Source: a virus
Virus record (IMG/VR): IMGVR_UViG_3300034093_003283
Direction: 5' to 3' (one strand)
Length of the DNA stretch: 64,000 nucleotides
Below, piece after piece: positions 21,754 to 32,485 of the stretch. Both the position numbers and the translations under genes were made by a program. The first letter of the stretch is position 1. Every line of letters begins with the position of its first letter. The notes beneath the pieces were generated by a model. It ran no database searches, was not told the origin of the DNA, and saw only the letters and a list, made by a program, of their open reading frames with translations.

Positions 21754-23805
21754 ATGACTATAACATATATTAATCAAGCAATCAGATATGTTCCACCTTC
21801 AGGTGAACAAGATTTCACCTCATTTGCTGGAGCTATTGATTGGATAGTGCCAAGAGGAGTCCACACAATTTCTGTTTTTGTCTGTGGTGGAGGCGGCGGA
21901 GGAGCTTGTTCTAGTACCAATGCTGCAACAGGTGGTGGTGGAGGAGATACAGCTTGGGGTAACAACATAAATGTAACTCCAGGTGAAGTTTTGTATGTAC
22001 AGATAGGTGCCGGCGGTGGCCAAGGTTCTGGTTCTGGTTCCGCTGGTGGTGCTGGCGGCGAATCATTTATTTCAAGAGATGGTATTAGATTAATAAGTGC
22101 AGCCGGCGGAGGCGGAGGCGTGATTGGACCAAGTGGATGTACATCTCCAAGCGGCACAACATCAACTTATAGTTTACCTTCGTCTGATTATGGATTAGGT
22201 GGTTATTCAGCTTCTACAGCAAGCGCAGCAAGTGAAAGAAGCACTGGCGGCGGAGGCGCAGGCGGATATGAAAGCACTTATCGTGGCGGTAGCGCTGTTG
22301 GTACAACAACTTATGCTTCGGGCGGTGGCGCTGGCGGCGCTGGGCGTTCCCAAGGCGGCGGTGGAGGTGTTGGTCCTTGGGGCCAAGGTAGCAGTGGAGC
22401 CGCAGGAGCATCTGGAAATGCCAACGGAAATGGAGGATCAGGAGGATCTCCAGTAACAAGTTATATCACATCAGTAGGTAACGTTGGAGCCACCGCATGG
22501 TCACCACATGGATGGTGTCTACATGGAGCATTATTTGGTGGCGGAGGAGGAGGAGGTCAAGGGGAAAACTCTGGCACTAGAGGTGGTATTGGTGCTAGAG
22601 GTTGTGTGAGAATTATTTGGGGAGAAAATAGAAGTTATCCAAGCACTAACACAGGACCCCAATATAATGGTATATCAGGATCAACAGGTGGTGCAGGATT
22701 TACTGGACCCGGCACTACTTCTTGGACTGTTCCTGATGGTATATCAACTTTTTCTGTATGTTGTATTGGTGGCGGCGGTGCAGGAATGCAAGGGACTTCA
22801 ACAACAGGTAAAGGATCAGGAGCTGGAGGAGGTTTAGGTTGGGCTTTTTTTAATTGTATTCCAGGAGAAACATTTACGGTTGTCGTTGGTGCCGGAGGAC
22901 AATCTACAGCAGTAAATACTGTTACGCAAGGCAGTTCCAGTTCTATAACACGCAACGTACAGTTTAAAGGATTTATTACAGGAACAACACTACACGTAGT
23001 TGAAATGATTTCAGGATTAATTACAACAGGTCAAACAATAACAGCTGCAGCAGGCGTAACTGCATGTGGTATAGATCAATTTATATCAGGTGCCCAAACA
23101 ACATATAAGTATGGTGGAGTGGGTGCATACACAGTTGGTGTATCACAAACTGTAGGTTCATTCACAAATTTAACCACATTCAATGCAACTGACATATTGT
23201 TGACAGCAACTGCTGGAGAATCTGCCAGAGCTGTTAGTGGCGGCAACCCAGTTGGAGGATCATATTCAGTAAGTGGCCGGGCTTTAGGTAGCGGTGGAGG
23301 TAATGGTGGAATCGGCGGAATAAGCAGTTCATCAACCACAGCTCGAGGCGGCGGCGGCGGTGGCGCCGGTGGGTACAATGGTACCGGCGGAAATGGAAGA
23401 GGTGCATCTGCAACGACGGCGGGAGGGAATTGGCCTGTATCAGCAGGCAATCCAACAACCACTCTTAGTGGTGCAGCTACCGGCGGCGCAACTGGGGCCA
23501 CGGCGCTTAGTGCTGGCGCAGGCGGCGGCGGAACTGGTTTTGGTGGACAAGGACCCGACGGTAATGCGTACTCCGGAACAGGTAGTTATTATTCATCTGC
23601 GTCACAACCATCAGTAATAGCGGGTCTCCCTGGTAGTTTTGGATCATATGGAGCAACTAGAGCAGGCAGTGCTGCAGGTGGTAATTACGGCGGCGGCGCA
23701 GGTGGTGCAGGAGGTGGTTTTTCAAGTGGAAGATGTAATGGTGGTGAAGGCGCTGTAGGTATCTTTTATGGTGCAAGACAACCGTATCCAGATCCTGGGT
23801 TATAA
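21754..23805 (+). CDS. Glycine-rich virion protein (two tandem Gly-rich modules)
   Basis: Two 'W.VP.G....SV...GGGG.G' modules with polyglycine tracts. Confidence 0.6.
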   Translation: MTITYINQAIRYVPPSGEQDFTSFAGAIDWIVPRGVHTISVFVCGGGGGGACSSTNAATGGGGGDTAWGNNINVTPGEVLYVQIGAGGGQGSGSGSAGGAGGESFISRDGIRLISAAGGGGGVIGPSGCTSPSGTTSTYSLPSSDYGLGGYSASTASAASERSTGGGGAGGYESTYRGGSAVGTTTYASGGGAGGAGRSQGGGGGVGPWGQGSSGAAGASGNANGNGGSGGSPVTSYITSVGNVGATAWSPHGWCLHGALFGGGGGGGQGENSGTRGGIGARGCVRIIWGENRSYPSTNTGPQYNGISGSTGGAGFTGPGTTSWTVPDGISTFSVCCIGGGGAGMQGTSTTGKGSGAGGGLGWAFFNCIPGETFTVVVGAGGQSTAVNTVTQGSSSSITRNVQFKGFITGTTLHVVEMISGLITTGQTITAAAGVTACGIDQFISGAQTTYKYGGVGAYTVGVSQTVGSFTNLTTFNATDILLTATAGESARAVSGGNPVGGSYSVSGRALGSGGGNGGIGGISSSSTTARGGGGGGAGGYNGTGGNGRGASATTAGGNWPVSAGNPTTTLSGAATGGATGATALSAGAGGGGTGFGGQGPDGNAYSGTGSYYSSASQPSVIAGLPGSFGSYGATRAGSAAGGNYGGGAGGAGGGFSSGRCNGGEGAVGIFYGARQPYPDPGL

Positions 23806-23822
23806 AATTGTAAGGAGAAAAT

Positions 23823-24263
23823 ATGATTAGTAATTTTAATTTATACATAGAAATTAAAGATGGAGAACCAATTGGGCATCCATATTTAAAATCAAATTTG
23901 GAAGAATTTAATCCAAACTTTCTTGATCCGAATGCAGAAAGAAAGTTTTGTCAATTTGTGAGGGTACCAAAGCCTCTTCCACAAAAATGGGATGAAATTG
24001 TATTAGACAGTGTGGAGTATAAAATTATTGACGGCATTTGTTATGATGTTTGGACTATTCGTGATTTAACATCAGAAGAAAGACAAGAAAGATTAGATAA
24101 CTTAGCCGCATCCAATCCTTATTCATCTTGGACTGTAGATGAAGTAAATTATGATTTAATTCCACCAACACCAAGGCCTAGTGAAGGTTCATGGGAATGG
24201 AATGAAGAATCGTTAAGTTGGATTCCTTATGTTGAACCAGAAGAACCCGAAACAACAGAATAA
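23823..24263 (+). CDS. Hypothetical protein, possible fibre-associated chaperone
   Basis: 'PY.SW....PPTPRP....W.W.E....W' C-terminus, directly after a Gly-rich gene; SD AGGAG. Confidence 0.45.
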   Translation: MISNFNLYIEIKDGEPIGHPYLKSNLEEFNPNFLDPNAERKFCQFVRVPKPLPQKWDEIVLDSVEYKIIDGICYDVWTIRDLTSEERQERLDNLAASNPYSSWTVDEVNYDLIPPTPRPSEGSWEWNEESLSWIPYVEPEEPETTE

Positions 24264-24265
24264 AA

Positions 24266-24754
24266 ATGACAACACAAATAAAGTTACCTAATATAGACTC
24301 CTCGATTGATTATTCATCGTTGGTTGGTTCAGCATATGTTAAAGCAAACTCTGGTGCAACATTTGCTAATGCGGCTTTTACAACAGCAAATTCATCCGCA
24401 AACCTTTCAATGACGGTAGCTTTGAGTGATGAAACAACGGCGATAACTACGGGTACTGCCAAGGTAACTTTTAGAGTTCCATATGCAATGACGTTGTATC
24501 AACTACCAAGAGCATCATTGGCTACTGCAAGTACATCAGGTAATCCTACAGTTGATATAGATAAAAATGGAGTGTCGATTTTTAGTACACTTTTAAGTAT
24601 AGATGCAAATGAAAAAACAAGCGTAACTGCTGCAACGCCAGCTGTTTTGTCTACAACTACTTTTGCAGATGATGATGAAATAACTATGGATATTTCTACA
24701 GCTGGAACGGCCGCAAAAGGATTAAAAGTTACTCTTTATTATAGAAGAACATGA
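24266..24754 (+). CDS. Short virion fibre/adaptor protein
   Basis: One ANxAF repeat plus a C-terminal domain paralogous to that of 20003. Confidence 0.55.
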   Translation: MTTQIKLPNIDSSIDYSSLVGSAYVKANSGATFANAAFTTANSSANLSMTVALSDETTAITTGTAKVTFRVPYAMTLYQLPRASLATASTSGNPTVDIDKNGVSIFSTLLSIDANEKTSVTAATPAVLSTTTFADDDEITMDISTAGTAAKGLKVTLYYRRT

Positions 24755-25830
24755 GTTATCTTGTAAATTCTTACATTCTTGGACCAACCGGTATTGCTCC
24801 AGGGCAACAAGAATATACTACACCGGGCACATATTCATGGGTTGCACCTGAAGGTGTTACAAGTGTGAGTGTGGTTACAATTGGTGGTGGCGGTGCAGGT
24901 GGAGCTATGTGTCAAAATCAAACTTTACCATTCAGAATGGCCGGTGGCGGTGGCGGCGGCACAGGATGGAAAAATAATATTCCAGTTACGCCAGGAGTAT
25001 CGTATACTGTAGTTGTTGGTGCAGGACAATCAAGTGTATCAGCCAACGTTACAATTAATGTATATCCAGGAAGACACACAACAGGTAATAGTTATTTTAT
25101 TGATTTGTCTACAGTAGCCGGTTTCGGTGGATCAGGACCAACAAGTGCTGCAAGTGCCAATTCAGTTGGTGGCATCTTTGTTGGTGATGGTGGTGGTAAT
25201 GGTGGTGGTGCAAGTTCAACTAATTCACCATCTAGTGCCAACTCTGGTGTTTGGGGTGGTGGCGGTGCTGGCGGCATGATTTCTACTGGAGGAGCTCCAG
25301 GTGTACAAGGTAGATCATGGCCAAGTCCTGGTGGCGGAACATTTGGTGGTTCTGCCGGTGGGCAATCTGATGCATCAGGACCCACTGTCACCGATGGTGT
25401 AACATATGGCGGCGCAGCTGGTGGTGGAGGATCCTCAGGTGTGGAAAACGGACCTTCATCAAGAGGTGGTGGCGGCGGCGGTCAAAGTCTAAACCGAATA
25501 GTGAGTGGCAGTGGTGGCGCTGCAATATACACCATTAGTGGCGTCAAAACTGGTACCATTTCGTATGGTGGTGCAACCAGCGGCACTTCAACCGGAAGTG
25601 GATCTACCAATGGTGATAATGGTACCACAAATGCATTTACAGCTGCTGGTGGATATGGTGGAAATTATGGTGGCGGCGGCGCAGCAGTGCGTAAAGGTCC
25701 CGGTGTGGTTGGTGGATTACCTGTGGTTAGTGGGTATGGCGCTGGAGGTGCAGTAAGAATTATCTGGGCAGGCACAAGACCAGGTGATGTGTCTCGTTCT
25801 TTCCCAGAAACAAATCTTAGCAATTTATAA
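24751..25830 (+). CDS. Glycine-rich virion protein
   Basis: 'YTTPGTYSWVAPEGVTSVSVV.IGGGG.GG...GAVRIIW'; paralogous to 21754. Confidence 0.6.
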   Translation: MSYLVNSYILGPTGIAPGQQEYTTPGTYSWVAPEGVTSVSVVTIGGGGAGGAMCQNQTLPFRMAGGGGGGTGWKNNIPVTPGVSYTVVVGAGQSSVSANVTINVYPGRHTTGNSYFIDLSTVAGFGGSGPTSAASANSVGGIFVGDGGGNGGGASSTNSPSSANSGVWGGGGAGGMISTGGAPGVQGRSWPSPGGGTFGGSAGGQSDASGPTVTDGVTYGGAAGGGGSSGVENGPSSRGGGGGGQSLNRIVSGSGGAAIYTISGVKTGTISYGGATSGTSTGSGSTNGDNGTTNAFTAAGGYGGNYGGGGAAVRKGPGVVGGLPVVSGYGAGGAVRIIWAGTRPGDVSRSFPETNLSNL

Positions 25831-25848
25831 AACGCAAGTGGAACGAAA

Positions 25849-25856
25849 CATAAATA
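25849..25856 (+). promoter_or_regulatory. T4-type late promoter (CATAAATA)
   Basis: One mismatch to TATAAATA; intergenic, upstream of gp13. Confidence 0.55.
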
Positions 25857-25875
25857 TCCTTATTAGGGGGATATA

Positions 25876-26652
25876 ATGGCAAAAACAATCATAACAAGAA
25901 CGGCATTCAAAGATTATTGCTTGCGTAGGTTAGGATTTCCAGTAATCGAAATCAACGTTGATGATGACCAGGTAGAAGACCGTATTGATGATGCACTTCA
26001 ATACTGGCAGGATTACCATTTTGATGGTCTACAAAAAGTATATTATATTAAAAAAATTGACCAAACAGATATAGACAATAGATACTTGAACATATCTCAG
26101 GCCAAAGATTCATCAAACAATGCATTACAGATTGCTGGTATAACCAGAATATTTCCTATTTCCGATTCACTATCTCAGGTCAATATGTTTGATTTGAGGT
26201 ATCAACTACGTTTAAATGAATTGTATGATTTCACCTCAGCATCATACATCAACTATACAATGACATTGCAACATCTACGTATGTTGGAACAATTGTTCTC
26301 CGGTGAGGTTCCTATTAGATTCCAAAGACATATGCAAAGACTGTATATTGATTGGAGTTGGGGTCGCAGTGAGGCACCAATTGGTACAACAGTCATTGCA
26401 GAGTGTTATGCAGTGATTGATCCAGAAGTGTACACACAGGCTTGGAACGACCGTTGGTTGAAAGAGTATGCAACAGCACTTATCAAACGTTCATGGGGCA
26501 ACAACCTTAAAAAGTTTAGTGGCATTCAATTGCCCGGTGGTGTTATGTTGAATGGTGATAAGATTTACGAAGAAGCCAAATCAGAGATTGATGCACTACA
26601 TGCAGAAATTGGTGACAAATATGGTGCACCATTAGAATTTATGATGAACTAA
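25876..26652 (+). CDS. gp13: Neck protein gp13
   Basis: 'YCLRRLG.PVIEINVDDDQ..DRIDDALQ' and 'WG.NL.KF.G.QLPGGV.LNG'; T4 gene order. Confidence 0.92.
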   Translation: MAKTIITRTAFKDYCLRRLGFPVIEINVDDDQVEDRIDDALQYWQDYHFDGLQKVYYIKKIDQTDIDNRYLNISQAKDSSNNALQIAGITRIFPISDSLSQVNMFDLRYQLRLNELYDFTSASYINYTMTLQHLRMLEQLFSGEVPIRFQRHMQRLYIDWSWGRSEAPIGTTVIAECYAVIDPEVYTQAWNDRWLKEYATALIKRSWGNNLKKFSGIQLPGGVMLNGDKIYEEAKSEIDALHAEIGDKYGAPLEFMMN

Positions 26653-26653
26653 T

Positions 26654-27535
26654 ATGGCAACCAGTGTATACTTCAATAACTACAACTCTCTTGCTGAACA
26701 GAGGGTAATTGAAGACTTGATTGTTGAATCAATCAAGATTATGGGTTTTGACGCATACTATTTACCTATTGAGAATGAGGAAGATAGAGACATTCTTTAT
26801 GGTGAAGATCCAATTAAGAAATTTAGTTCTGCATTTCCAATTGAATTCTATCTATCCAGTTCAATGGAATACGGTGGTGAAAAAGAATTCTTCTCAAAAT
26901 TTGGGCTCGAGATTAAAAACAATATTAATATTATATTGTCAAAGCGTTCTTTCTCTCAAAGAGTACCACAAGACAGATTCAATAGACCCCGTGAAGGTGA
27001 TTTGGTCTATGTACCATTTTTAAATGGCACTGGTGAATTGTTTGAGATTAAATTTACTAATCAAACTAAAGATTTCTTTATGTTAGGCCGCAAGATTCCA
27101 TATTTCTATGAATTGGAACTAGAGAAATTCAAGTACTCACAAGAAGTTATCGACACTGGTGTGGAAGATATTGATGATGTGATGATTCAATCAAGTTACA
27201 CAATTGACCTGAATACTGGCACTGGCACAGGAACATATGTTCCTAGAGAAATTGTATTTCAATCTACTGACCGCACACAAGCAAACGCATCTGTGGTTGC
27301 AATAGTACAAGACTGGAACACTGTTAATGATATATTGAAAGTAACAAATGTTGCTGGTGAATTTGCCAATAACGTTGCAATCATTGGTGCAACAAGCAAT
27401 GCACAATACTATCTATCATCATACAATCCATTAAAAGATAGTACAAGAAATGAAGCCTATGATAATGAATATCTGTTTGATAATGCAAATAATATTATAG
27501 ATTTCACAGAAACTAATCCGTTTGGAAAAATATAA
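26654..27535 (+). CDS. gp14: Neck protein gp14
   Basis: 'EDL..ESI...G....YLP', 'FFSKFG', 'RP.EGDL.Y.P', ends 'DF.E.NPFG'. Confidence 0.92.
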   Translation: MATSVYFNNYNSLAEQRVIEDLIVESIKIMGFDAYYLPIENEEDRDILYGEDPIKKFSSAFPIEFYLSSSMEYGGEKEFFSKFGLEIKNNINIILSKRSFSQRVPQDRFNRPREGDLVYVPFLNGTGELFEIKFTNQTKDFFMLGRKIPYFYELELEKFKYSQEVIDTGVEDIDDVMIQSSYTIDLNTGTGTGTYVPREIVFQSTDRTQANASVVAIVQDWNTVNDILKVTNVAGEFANNVAIIGATSNAQYYLSSYNPLKDSTRNEAYDNEYLFDNANNIIDFTETNPFGKI

Positions 27536-28554
27536 TGTCAACATATAATCGTGTCATCAGAAAATTAGTTGTTGGATTTGGTAATCTTTTTGACAACATA
27601 ACACTATACAGATTCAAAATAGATGAGACCGAATCTGAGAGGTTCATTGTTCCTATTACATATGCAACCAAAGAACGTTATGTTATGAGACTTGAAGCGG
27701 ATTCAGAACTAGACAAAAAGGTACAAATAACTCTACCAAGAATGTCATTTGAAATGGCCGGGCTTACATATGATGCTAGTAGAAAACAAAATACCAACAT
27801 CAAAAATTTTAAAGGAACAAATTCTGCAACCGGAGTTATTGCACAATACAATCCTGTACCATATAATTTTGATTTTAATCTATACATCTATGTAAGAAAT
27901 ATTGAAGACGGTACACAAATTATCGAACACATACTACCATTCTTTACACCAGACTACACAATCAAATTAAATTTGATTCCTGAAATGGGTATTGTTAAAG
28001 AAGTACCAATAATTTTGAATTCAACTTCACATGATATTATTTACGAAGGCGGTAGAGAAAATGAAACCAGAATGATAATCTGGACATTAAACTTTACAGT
28101 CAAAGGTTTTGTATTTGGTAAGACCACCGAAACTGGTGTTATTAATCGTGCATTTGTTTCGGTGTACAATCTAATTACCGAAGAAGATGTTGTTGAATTT
28201 AATTTGAATTTAGATTCTGGTTTTGGTACATACAAAGTTGGTGAAAAAGTATATCAAGGATATACATCAGATGATGTATCAGCAACAGGAATTGTTGTGC
28301 AATTTAAAGACAACCTACTTAGATTAAAAGCACTAACAGGAAACTTTGTATCCGATAAACCTATATACGGTATTAATACTTTGGCAAACTATAAATTCAC
28401 CACATACAATCTGAACCCATTGAAATTTGTTGAAGTGGATGCTGTTGGTAGAGTATCTACAGATATCGACTTTATGACTGTTGATAAAGTTGACGCTAAG
28501 GTTGACAACACACTAAATGAAGTCTTGACAATTAACAAGGCTGCAAACCAATAA
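27535..28554 (+). CDS. gp15: Tail sheath stabiliser/terminator gp15
   Basis: 'RK.VV.FG.LF', 'LPRMSFEM..L.YD..RK', 'PVPYN..F.L', 'QI.E.ILPFF.P'. Confidence 0.92.
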   Translation: MSTYNRVIRKLVVGFGNLFDNITLYRFKIDETESERFIVPITYATKERYVMRLEADSELDKKVQITLPRMSFEMAGLTYDASRKQNTNIKNFKGTNSATGVIAQYNPVPYNFDFNLYIYVRNIEDGTQIIEHILPFFTPDYTIKLNLIPEMGIVKEVPIILNSTSHDIIYEGGRENETRMIIWTLNFTVKGFVFGKTTETGVINRAFVSVYNLITEEDVVEFNLNLDSGFGTYKVGEKVYQGYTSDDVSATGIVVQFKDNLLRLKALTGNFVSDKPIYGINTLANYKFTTYNLNPLKFVEVDAVGRVSTDIDFMTVDKVDAKVDNTLNEVLTINKAANQ

Positions 28555-28574
28555 ACATCAAATGAGAGAAATAA

Positions 28575-30302
28575 ATGGCTAAACAAACAATCAATATTGG
28601 TATTAGAGCAAATGATGGTAAAGGCGATACACTAAGAACCGCATTTGTTAAATCAAATGACAACTTTACTGAGTTGTATACCAACGTTTCCAATAATGCC
28701 AATACCTCAAACTCATTATCAGCAAACAATGCCGCTACAGCACAAGGGGCTTTCAACAAAGCCAATTCTGTTTTCTTAGGTGATATCAGTTTTACCGATA
28801 CCATAATGTATAGTAATACAAAAGTGGAAATTGGTAATGATCGCCACAACGAAAAAGCTTGGGGTTTATTGTATGGCCAATTAACAACTCAAGCAGCAAA
28901 TACATATGGGCACAGTGTTGCATACGATTCAGCCAATAACATTTATGTTGCACTGACAACACAGAATCTATCTACAGGTTTCCCGCAATCAACAATTGTG
29001 AAATTTGATGCAACAGGTGAAATATTCTGGTCACGTTCTGTGCCAGCAAACACCTCATATGGCAGTTTTGCCGAATCATTAGACATTGATGCAAACAACA
29101 ATGTTTATTTGTTAACAAATATTCCAGGTAATTTTTCAACTTTAGTTACCAAATTTAATTATCTTGGCCAAAATGTTTGGAGTTCCATGGTTGAAGATGC
29201 CATGGGTTCTGTGGACATTACTGTTGATGACCAAGGATTTCCATACTTTGTTGGTGAACATAACCTGTTAACTGGTCTTGATAATACAGGTGAACTATTG
29301 TTTACCTACTTTACCTCACAAACAGAATCCACAAATGCATTTTGTTGTTTAGCATTACCAAATGAATATGGTGTTTTAGTTGGTTCTGCAAATGGAAAAG
29401 TTCATAAGTTTGATACAGAAGGTGTTTATATTTGGACAAACAATGTTGATGTAAATGGCAATACAATTATAAGTTTGACTTCTGATACATCAAATAATTG
29501 GTACGCAGCATCAAATACTAACATTTATAAATTTAGATCCAATAATCAATTGTTATGGGAAAAAAGTATAACTGGTATCACAACACCAAAAATAAATTGG
29601 ATCAAACATAAAGACGATTATCTATATGTGAATGGTGCAACAGTAGATGCAAACAATCAGGCAGCATTCATTACTTACAAAATTGATGCAAATGGTGCAT
29701 TGGTTTGGGCCAAGGCATTAGAAATTGCAAATGCAAATCAAACAATTAGATTTGGACACAGACAACTAGATGTTTCTGGTGATTATTTTGTTGGTATTGG
29801 TTATAACAAATCATCAAGTGTCGCAAACACAAATGCAGTTGTTTATCAATTACCTGTAGATGGTTCTCTATCGGGCACATACCTTGGTGCAAATGGTAGT
29901 TCTTGGGGTGATTTTACATATGTCGGTATACCCGAAGCAAACACGGCAACAAGTACAACTGTTGGTAGTGGCAACACAACCGTAACGATTGCAGAAAATA
30001 CAGACTATACAGAAACAATGAATGTAATTGTCTATACAAGTCCTGATGGACGATATGGAAAATCTGTAACGCAGCTGAAACAAAAATGGCAATTCAATTC
30101 TAATGGTAAAATAATACTACCGTCTTCTGGTGATCCAACAGGCGTAGATTTGAGCGGTAAAAATATTGTAAATACAGGAAATGTTATATTTACAAATGGC
30201 ACAACACAAAGAGCTGCAGCACTACCTCTTGCAAACTTGAAAGTAATTGTTGCTGCATCATCCAGTTTTGCCGATTTTCAGAGTAGAATTGCAGCATTAT
30301 AA
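28575..30302 (+). CDS. Virion protein with baseplate gp9/gp10-like N-terminus and beta-propeller-like repeats
   Basis: 'INIG..ANDG.GD.LR.AF.K.N.NF.ELY' N-terminus; repeated 'D..NN.Y' and 'KFD..G...W' blades. Confidence 0.6.
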   Translation: MAKQTINIGIRANDGKGDTLRTAFVKSNDNFTELYTNVSNNANTSNSLSANNAATAQGAFNKANSVFLGDISFTDTIMYSNTKVEIGNDRHNEKAWGLLYGQLTTQAANTYGHSVAYDSANNIYVALTTQNLSTGFPQSTIVKFDATGEIFWSRSVPANTSYGSFAESLDIDANNNVYLLTNIPGNFSTLVTKFNYLGQNVWSSMVEDAMGSVDITVDDQGFPYFVGEHNLLTGLDNTGELLFTYFTSQTESTNAFCCLALPNEYGVLVGSANGKVHKFDTEGVYIWTNNVDVNGNTIISLTSDTSNNWYAASNTNIYKFRSNNQLLWEKSITGITTPKINWIKHKDDYLYVNGATVDANNQAAFITYKIDANGALVWAKALEIANANQTIRFGHRQLDVSGDYFVGIGYNKSSSVANTNAVVYQLPVDGSLSGTYLGANGSSWGDFTYVGIPEANTATSTTVGSGNTTVTIAENTDYTETMNVIVYTSPDGRYGKSVTQLKQKWQFNSNGKIILPSSGDPTGVDLSGKNIVNTGNVIFTNGTTQRAAALPLANLKVIVAASSSFADFQSRIAAL

Positions 30303-30316
30303 TTAATTTAAAAACT

Positions 30317-30730
30317 ATGAATACATTTGACAAGAACATGGAAAAATTATTTGATGTAACACCGGTAGAACAAAAAGAAAAACCTTTGTTGCCGGTGGTT
30401 ACAAAATCTGAAAACGGTCCAGATTTAAAAAATGATTTGGAAGATGCATATAACCAAACAAAAGATAATCTACAGGAATTAATTGACCAAGGCAAAGAAG
30501 CCATGGAAGAAATACTCAACATTGCGAAAGCAGGACAACATCCTAGGGCATTTGAGGTATATGGTACACTGTTGAAAAATGTGGTAGATGCAAATAAGGA
30601 ACTACTTGCAGTACAAAAACAAATGCGTACAATGGATGGTAAACCAAAAGAAGGTGATACCAAGATTGACAAAGCCATCTTTGTTGGTTCAACCGCAGAA
30701 CTGAACAAGTTACTTAAAGGTAAAGAATGA
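30317..30730 (+). CDS. gp16: Terminase small subunit gp16
   Basis: 'HPRAFEV...L.K' and 'FVGSTAEL.K.L'; immediately upstream of gp17. Confidence 0.9.
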   Translation: MNTFDKNMEKLFDVTPVEQKEKPLLPVVTKSENGPDLKNDLEDAYNQTKDNLQELIDQGKEAMEEILNIAKAGQHPRAFEVYGTLLKNVVDANKELLAVQKQMRTMDGKPKEGDTKIDKAIFVGSTAELNKLLKGKE

Positions 30731-32418
30731 GTGGTGATTTAAGATTTGGTGAAGCGTATAGAGATAATCCTTTACTTAAAAAAGCTGGCGTCAAGGTAGA
30801 ATATACTCAAGAACAAGTTGATGAATACATTAAGTGTAAAAACGACCCAATCTATTTTGCAAAAAATTATATCAAAATTGTGAACGTTGATGAGGGTTTG
30901 ATTAATTTTAGTATGTGGCCGTTTCAAGAGGAAATGCTTAAATTATTTGCAAGCAATCGTTTTGTTATTACCAAATGTCCCCGTCAGGTTGGTAAGACAA
31001 CCACAACTGTTGCATATATGTTGTGGGAAACTATCTTCAAAGATACACAAAACTGTGCAGTATTGGCCAACAAAGGTTCTTTGGCAAGAGATATTTTGGC
31101 CAAGTATCAACTTGCATATGAAAATCTACCTATGTGGTTGCAACAAGGTGTGGTTACCTGGAACAAAGGTAACGTAGAACTAGAGAATGGTTCTAAGATT
31201 ATTGCTGCATCCACATCAAGTTCCGCCATTCGTGGTGGTGCATTTAACATTGTATTCTTGGACGAATTTGCTTTCGTTCCAACAAATATTGCGGAAGAAT
31301 TCTTTAACTCTGTTTACCCTGTAATTTCATCAGGTAAAAAGACAAAAATTATTATTGTGTCTACACCTAATGGTATGAATCTATTCTACAAACTGTGGAT
31401 GGATTCAATCAACAAGAAGAATGATTATAAACCATTTGAAATTCACTGGTCTATGGTACCAGGTCGTGACGAAAAATGGAAAGAAGAAACAATCCGAAAC
31501 ACCTCAGAGAGACAATTCAAACAAGAGTTTGAAACCGAGTTCTTGGGTTCTTCTAACACATTGGTTTCGGGTTACAAGTTGCAACAATTGGTCTATGTAG
31601 ATCCAGTTGCCAACCACGATTTGTTAAAAATCTATGAACATCCAGTCAAAGAAGGTGTCAACGAATCTAAATCCGACCACCTATATTGTATAACAGTGGA
31701 TGTATCTGAGGGTAAGAACCTAGACAGTTCAGCGTTTTCTGTTATTGACATTTCGCAGACACCATACAAACAGGTGGCCACATATAAGAGTTCGTCTATC
31801 ACACCAATATTGTTTCCTACGGTCATCTACAATACAGCCAGATACTACAACGATGCATATATTCTGGTAGAAATTAATAACAATCCACAAGTGGCAGACT
31901 CTTTACACTCGGATTTTGAATATGAGAATCTGTGGAAAATATTTACAGGCAACAAGAAACCCCAACAATTGTCTGCTGGTTTTGCTCGGGGCATTCAAAT
32001 GGGTCTAAAAATGTCACCACAAGTCAAGGCAATTGGTTGTTCCAACCTAAAAACTTTGATTGAAGGTGACAAACTATTGATAAATGACTTTGATACCTAT
32101 TCGGAATTAACAACTTTTGTTCAACAAAAGAATTCTTTTTCTGCGGAAGAAGGTGCAAATGATGACATGGTAATGTCTTTAGTTATTTTTTCATGGGTAA
32201 CAACTCAACAATACTTTAAAGAAATTGTCAACCACGACATTCGCAAACAAATTCAACTGGAAAATATGAACCAGATGGACGATGATGTTCTACCCGCACC
32301 AATTATTGAAGATGGTTTAGAACATGATTTTGAGATAGTGGGTGGAGACCTGTGGGAAGTTGCAGACGGTTCAGAAGTATATTCAAACTTTACAAAAAAG
32401 ATGATGGATCGGTTGTAA
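30727..32418 (+). CDS. gp17: Terminase large subunit gp17
   Basis: Walker A PRQVGKT, Walker B IVFLDEFAF, STPNG, C-terminal nuclease DD.VM.L. Confidence 0.97.
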   Translation: MSGDLRFGEAYRDNPLLKKAGVKVEYTQEQVDEYIKCKNDPIYFAKNYIKIVNVDEGLINFSMWPFQEEMLKLFASNRFVITKCPRQVGKTTTTVAYMLWETIFKDTQNCAVLANKGSLARDILAKYQLAYENLPMWLQQGVVTWNKGNVELENGSKIIAASTSSSAIRGGAFNIVFLDEFAFVPTNIAEEFFNSVYPVISSGKKTKIIIVSTPNGMNLFYKLWMDSINKKNDYKPFEIHWSMVPGRDEKWKEETIRNTSERQFKQEFETEFLGSSNTLVSGYKLQQLVYVDPVANHDLLKIYEHPVKEGVNESKSDHLYCITVDVSEGKNLDSSAFSVIDISQTPYKQVATYKSSSITPILFPTVIYNTARYYNDAYILVEINNNPQVADSLHSDFEYENLWKIFTGNKKPQQLSAGFARGIQMGLKMSPQVKAIGCSNLKTLIEGDKLLINDFDTYSELTTFVQQKNSFSAEEGANDDMVMSLVIFSWVTTQQYFKEIVNHDIRKQIQLENMNQMDDDVLPAPIIEDGLEHDFEIVGGDLWEVADGSEVYSNFTKKMMDRL

Positions 32419-32429
32419 ATCCGGCCTTT

Positions 32430-32437
32430 CATAAATA
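32430..32437 (+). promoter_or_regulatory. T4-type late promoter (CATAAATA)
   Basis: Intergenic, upstream of gp18. Confidence 0.55.
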
Positions 32438-32485
32438 CACATATGGTATTTTGCCAAAAGAACATAATAATTCAAGGAGAATAAA

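Noticed and set aside
1420-25756. Many minus-strand and alternative-frame ORFs in the ORF track
   Set aside because: They are shadows of Ala/Gly/Thr-rich + strand genes, with no ribosome-binding sites or recognisable motifs.
3722-25830. Diversity-generating retroelement acting on fibre tips
   Set aside because: No reverse transcriptase in the window, and no template/variable repeat pair with adenine-specific differences was seen.
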